Below the pieces are notes generated by a model. That model did not search any database and was not told where the DNA came from. It worked only from the letters and a program-made list of their open reading frames with translations. This document shows positions 61,369 to 64,000 of a DNA stretch of 64,000 nt, piece by piece. The stretch spans positions 66,587 through 130,586 of the forward strand of contig CAYVAJ010000002.1 of assembly GCA_964448725.1 (NCBI GenBank). Direction: 5' to 3'. The position numbers and the translations under genes were made by a program. Source of the DNA: an uncultured Gammaproteobacteria bacterium. GTDB lineage: Bacteria > Patescibacteriota > Microgenomatia > Levybacterales > GWA1-39-11. The stretch's first letter is position 1, and the number at the start of each line of letters is the position of its first letter.

Positions 61369-62430
61369 ATGAAAATTGCATTGTATGATCCATATTTAGA
61401 TGCGCTTGGCGGAGGAGAGAAGTATATGCTGACAGCAGCCGAGTGTCTGTCAAAAAAGCATGAGGTATCAATTTTATGGGATGATGTTCAGGATATAGAA
61501 CGTGTCGAAGAACGATTTGATCTTGATTTATCGAAGGTCAAGATTTCAAGAAATATATTTGGGCCACAAGTATCATTTATCCAGCGTTTGTTACAAAGCA
61601 GACAGTATGATGTAATACTGTATCTAAGTGATGGCAGTATTCCGCTCGTTCTTTCTAAAAAACTAATTCTCCATCTTCAGTTTCCTATTGAGTGGGTAAA
61701 ATCTGATATTAAAACTAAAGTAAAACTTAAAAAAGTACATTCTGTTATATGTAACTCACAGTTTACGAAAGAATTTGTCGATAAAAAACTGGGAATTGCG
61801 AGTACTGTTCTCTATCCACCAGTGGAAATCAAGCGAAAAGAAATACCAAAAGAAAATATTATTTTGCATGTCGGAAGATTTATGCAAACAGATAAAGATG
61901 GTGATGATTATAAAAAGCAGTATTTTATGATTGAGACCTTTAAGCAGCTGATAGATGAAAAATTAGCAGATTGGAAATTTGTAATCGCAGCAAGTGTACG
62001 GACACGCGACCTTGCACAGTTCCAAAAAATGCAGGCAACAGCAGCAGGATATCCGATTTCATTTATTGTGAATGCGACAAATGATGATTTATGGAAAGAA
62101 TACAATAGAGCAAAAATATATTGGCATGCATCAGGCTTTGGGGAGAATATTGAAAAAAATCCGGAGCGCGCAGAACACTTTGGTATCTCAACTGTTGAGG
62201 CGATGGGAGCAGGAGCAGTACCGGTGGTTATCAATGCCGGGGGGCAAAAAGAAATTATTAATGATGCAGAAAACGGGGTACTTTGGGATACACAAGCAGA
62301 ATTGAAAGAAAAAACACTCGCATTAATCCGTGATGATAAAACATTGAAAAATTTATCATCACAAGCACAGAAAGATGTACAAAACTTTAGTAAAGAAGAA
62401 TTCTGCAAGCAATTAGATGCATTAATGTAA
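61369..62430 (+). CDS. GT4 glycosyltransferase
   Basis: GGGE, NSQFT, EHFGISTVEAM. Confidence 0.92.
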   Translation: MKIALYDPYLDALGGGEKYMLTAAECLSKKHEVSILWDDVQDIERVEERFDLDLSKVKISRNIFGPQVSFIQRLLQSRQYDVILYLSDGSIPLVLSKKLILHLQFPIEWVKSDIKTKVKLKKVHSVICNSQFTKEFVDKKLGIASTVLYPPVEIKRKEIPKENIILHVGRFMQTDKDGDDYKKQYFMIETFKQLIDEKLADWKFVIAASVRTRDLAQFQKMQATAAGYPISFIVNATNDDLWKEYNRAKIYWHASGFGENIEKNPERAEHFGISTVEAMGAGAVPVVINAGGQKEIINDAENGVLWDTQAELKEKTLALIRDDKTLKNLSSQAQKDVQNFSKEEFCKQLDALM

Positions 62431-62431
62431 T

Positions 62432-63382
62432 ATGAATATAAGTGTAGTTATCCCAAATTACAATGGAGAAAATATTCTTGAAGCAAATCTATCTCGTGTT
62501 ATAGAAGTACTTAAAAAGTATACAAACGGAAAAAAAGAAATAGTTATTGTTGATGATGCATCAGTTGATAAGTCATGGGAGATCTTGCAAGAGATTCAAA
62601 AAGAATATTCTACAAATGATCTATCAATCTCAGTATATCGCAATCAATACAATAAAGGGTTTGCTACAACGGTTAATACGGGTGTGGGTTATGCAAAAGG
62701 TGATATTGTCTTATTGCTGAATACTGACATAATTCCCGAAGATGGTTTTATTGAACCACTTATCACTCATTTTAAAGACGAAAAAGTTTTTGCAGTGGGC
62801 TGTATGGATAAAAGTATTGAGAATGAACGCGTTACGTTGAGAGGAAGAGGATTGGGAAAGTGGCATAAAGGACTTTTTACCCATAAAAAAGGTGACGTAA
62901 CAAAGACAAATACGCTATGGGTGAGCGGAGGAAGCGGAGCATTCAGACGTGACGTCTGGAATACATTAGGTGGACTTGATTCAATCTATAATCCTTTTTA
63001 TTGGGAGGATATTGATCTTTCGTATCGTGCAGTAAAATCTGGATATACTGTCTTGTTTGAACCAAATAGTATTGTGGTACACGAACATGAAAAAGGTTCT
63101 ATCAAAACTCAAAACTCTCGAAAAAATATTACTACGATCTCATATCGTAATCAATTTATTTTTATCTGGAAAAATATTACAGAACCGTTGTTTATTGTTG
63201 AACATGTACTGTGGTTGCCTGTGCATATAGGAAAAGCAGTGCTAAGAGGTGATACAGCATTTTTTCACGGAGTAATTGCAGCGCTCCGGAAATTGCCTGC
63301 AATACTTAAATCTCGCAATCGTGCAAAGAAGTTATTTACTCTAACAGATACGCAAGTAATTGCGCGTGCTTCTAGTACGTAA
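62432..63382 (+). CDS. GT2 glycosyltransferase
   Basis: VDDAS, NKGF, LNTD, YWEDIDL. Confidence 0.9.
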   Translation: MNISVVIPNYNGENILEANLSRVIEVLKKYTNGKKEIVIVDDASVDKSWEILQEIQKEYSTNDLSISVYRNQYNKGFATTVNTGVGYAKGDIVLLLNTDIIPEDGFIEPLITHFKDEKVFAVGCMDKSIENERVTLRGRGLGKWHKGLFTHKKGDVTKTNTLWVSGGSGAFRRDVWNTLGGLDSIYNPFYWEDIDLSYRAVKSGYTVLFEPNSIVVHEHEKGSIKTQNSRKNITTISYRNQFIFIWKNITEPLFIVEHVLWLPVHIGKAVLRGDTAFFHGVIAALRKLPAILKSRNRAKKLFTLTDTQVIARASST

Positions 63383-63983
63383 TCTGAGTAATGTTAAACC
63401 AGTATTTATTCTCTGTCAGTTCTTTATCTGCTTCCCTATAATCAAAAAATCCGTTTGCCTTTCTCATTTCTTCTGGCGTTTTAAGAAACATAAGTATAAA
63501 AGTTGTTGGACTCTTTCGGTACATAATTATATTTTCTGTCTGAATGATCAACTCTTTATTATTAGCTAGCTCCTGTTCGACAATAGTATTCAGTTCATGT
63601 GCATCAGTGAGAAAATCTATGCTTTTGATACGACCTGAATTGAAAAGAAGGAATGGTGTGTTAACTCTTTCATGATTAACAGAAATTCCAAATTCTTTCA
63701 GCACATGATCTACTTCTTTTTGCGGAAGACCTGTCTTACTAAATATAAATGAACCAGGTGAGTAAAATTCTCGGAATTCCCAATAGTCTTCAGCATCGAT
63801 TGCGTTATGAGACTGTGTATTTTCTATAAAGGTATGTAACCGATATTCTGATGCAAACGGAAAAAGTCTTGCAGATACTTTAGGAGTTAAAAGTAGGAAC
63901 AGTACTATAATCACTACAAGATTGAACAGAAGAAATTTATGAGAAATTTTAGTATTGCTTGCTTCGTTTCGTTTTTGTGTCAT
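63372..63983 (-). CDS. Hypothetical membrane-anchored protein
   Basis: N-terminal TM; open 203 aa ORF. Confidence 0.65.
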   Translation of the reverse strand: MTQKRNEASNTKISHKFLLFNLVVIIVLFLLLTPKVSARLFPFASEYRLHTFIENTQSHNAIDAEDYWEFREFYSPGSFIFSKTGLPQKEVDHVLKEFGISVNHERVNTPFLLFNSGRIKSIDFLTDAHELNTIVEQELANNKELIIQTENIIMYRKSPTTFILMFLKTPEEMRKANGFFDYREADKELTENKYWFNITQITY

Positions 63984-64000
63984 ATTGTATATAATTGGAA

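Overview
AT-rich bacterial chromosome segment, most consistent with a Patescibacteria/CPR (Microgenomates-like) genome; this is inferred from gene style, not proven. In order: mutL 3' end; PAS histidine kinases and a Crp/Fnr regulator with three Fnr-like boxes; tRNA-Gln; lon with a CIRCE-like operator; three tandem orphan-gene modules sharing promoter and RNA-hairpin architecture; a GIY-YIG gene between duplicated tRNA-Glu 5' ends; a ~6 kb serine-recombinase island in tRNA-Glu with a TerS-like gene and defence-like cargo; VOC dioxygenases; metabolic genes; and a long glycosylation cluster. The standout is an operon at 27384-38268. It encodes a giant adhesin-like surface protein, a secreted domain fused to a subunit-c-like hairpin lacking the ion-binding carboxylate, and b-, delta-, alpha-, gamma-, beta- and epsilon-like subunits, with no subunit a. 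This looks like an F1-type rotary ATPase repurposed for a surface, secretion or attachment role rather than ATP synthesis. All family calls come from motif recognition by eye; no searches were run.
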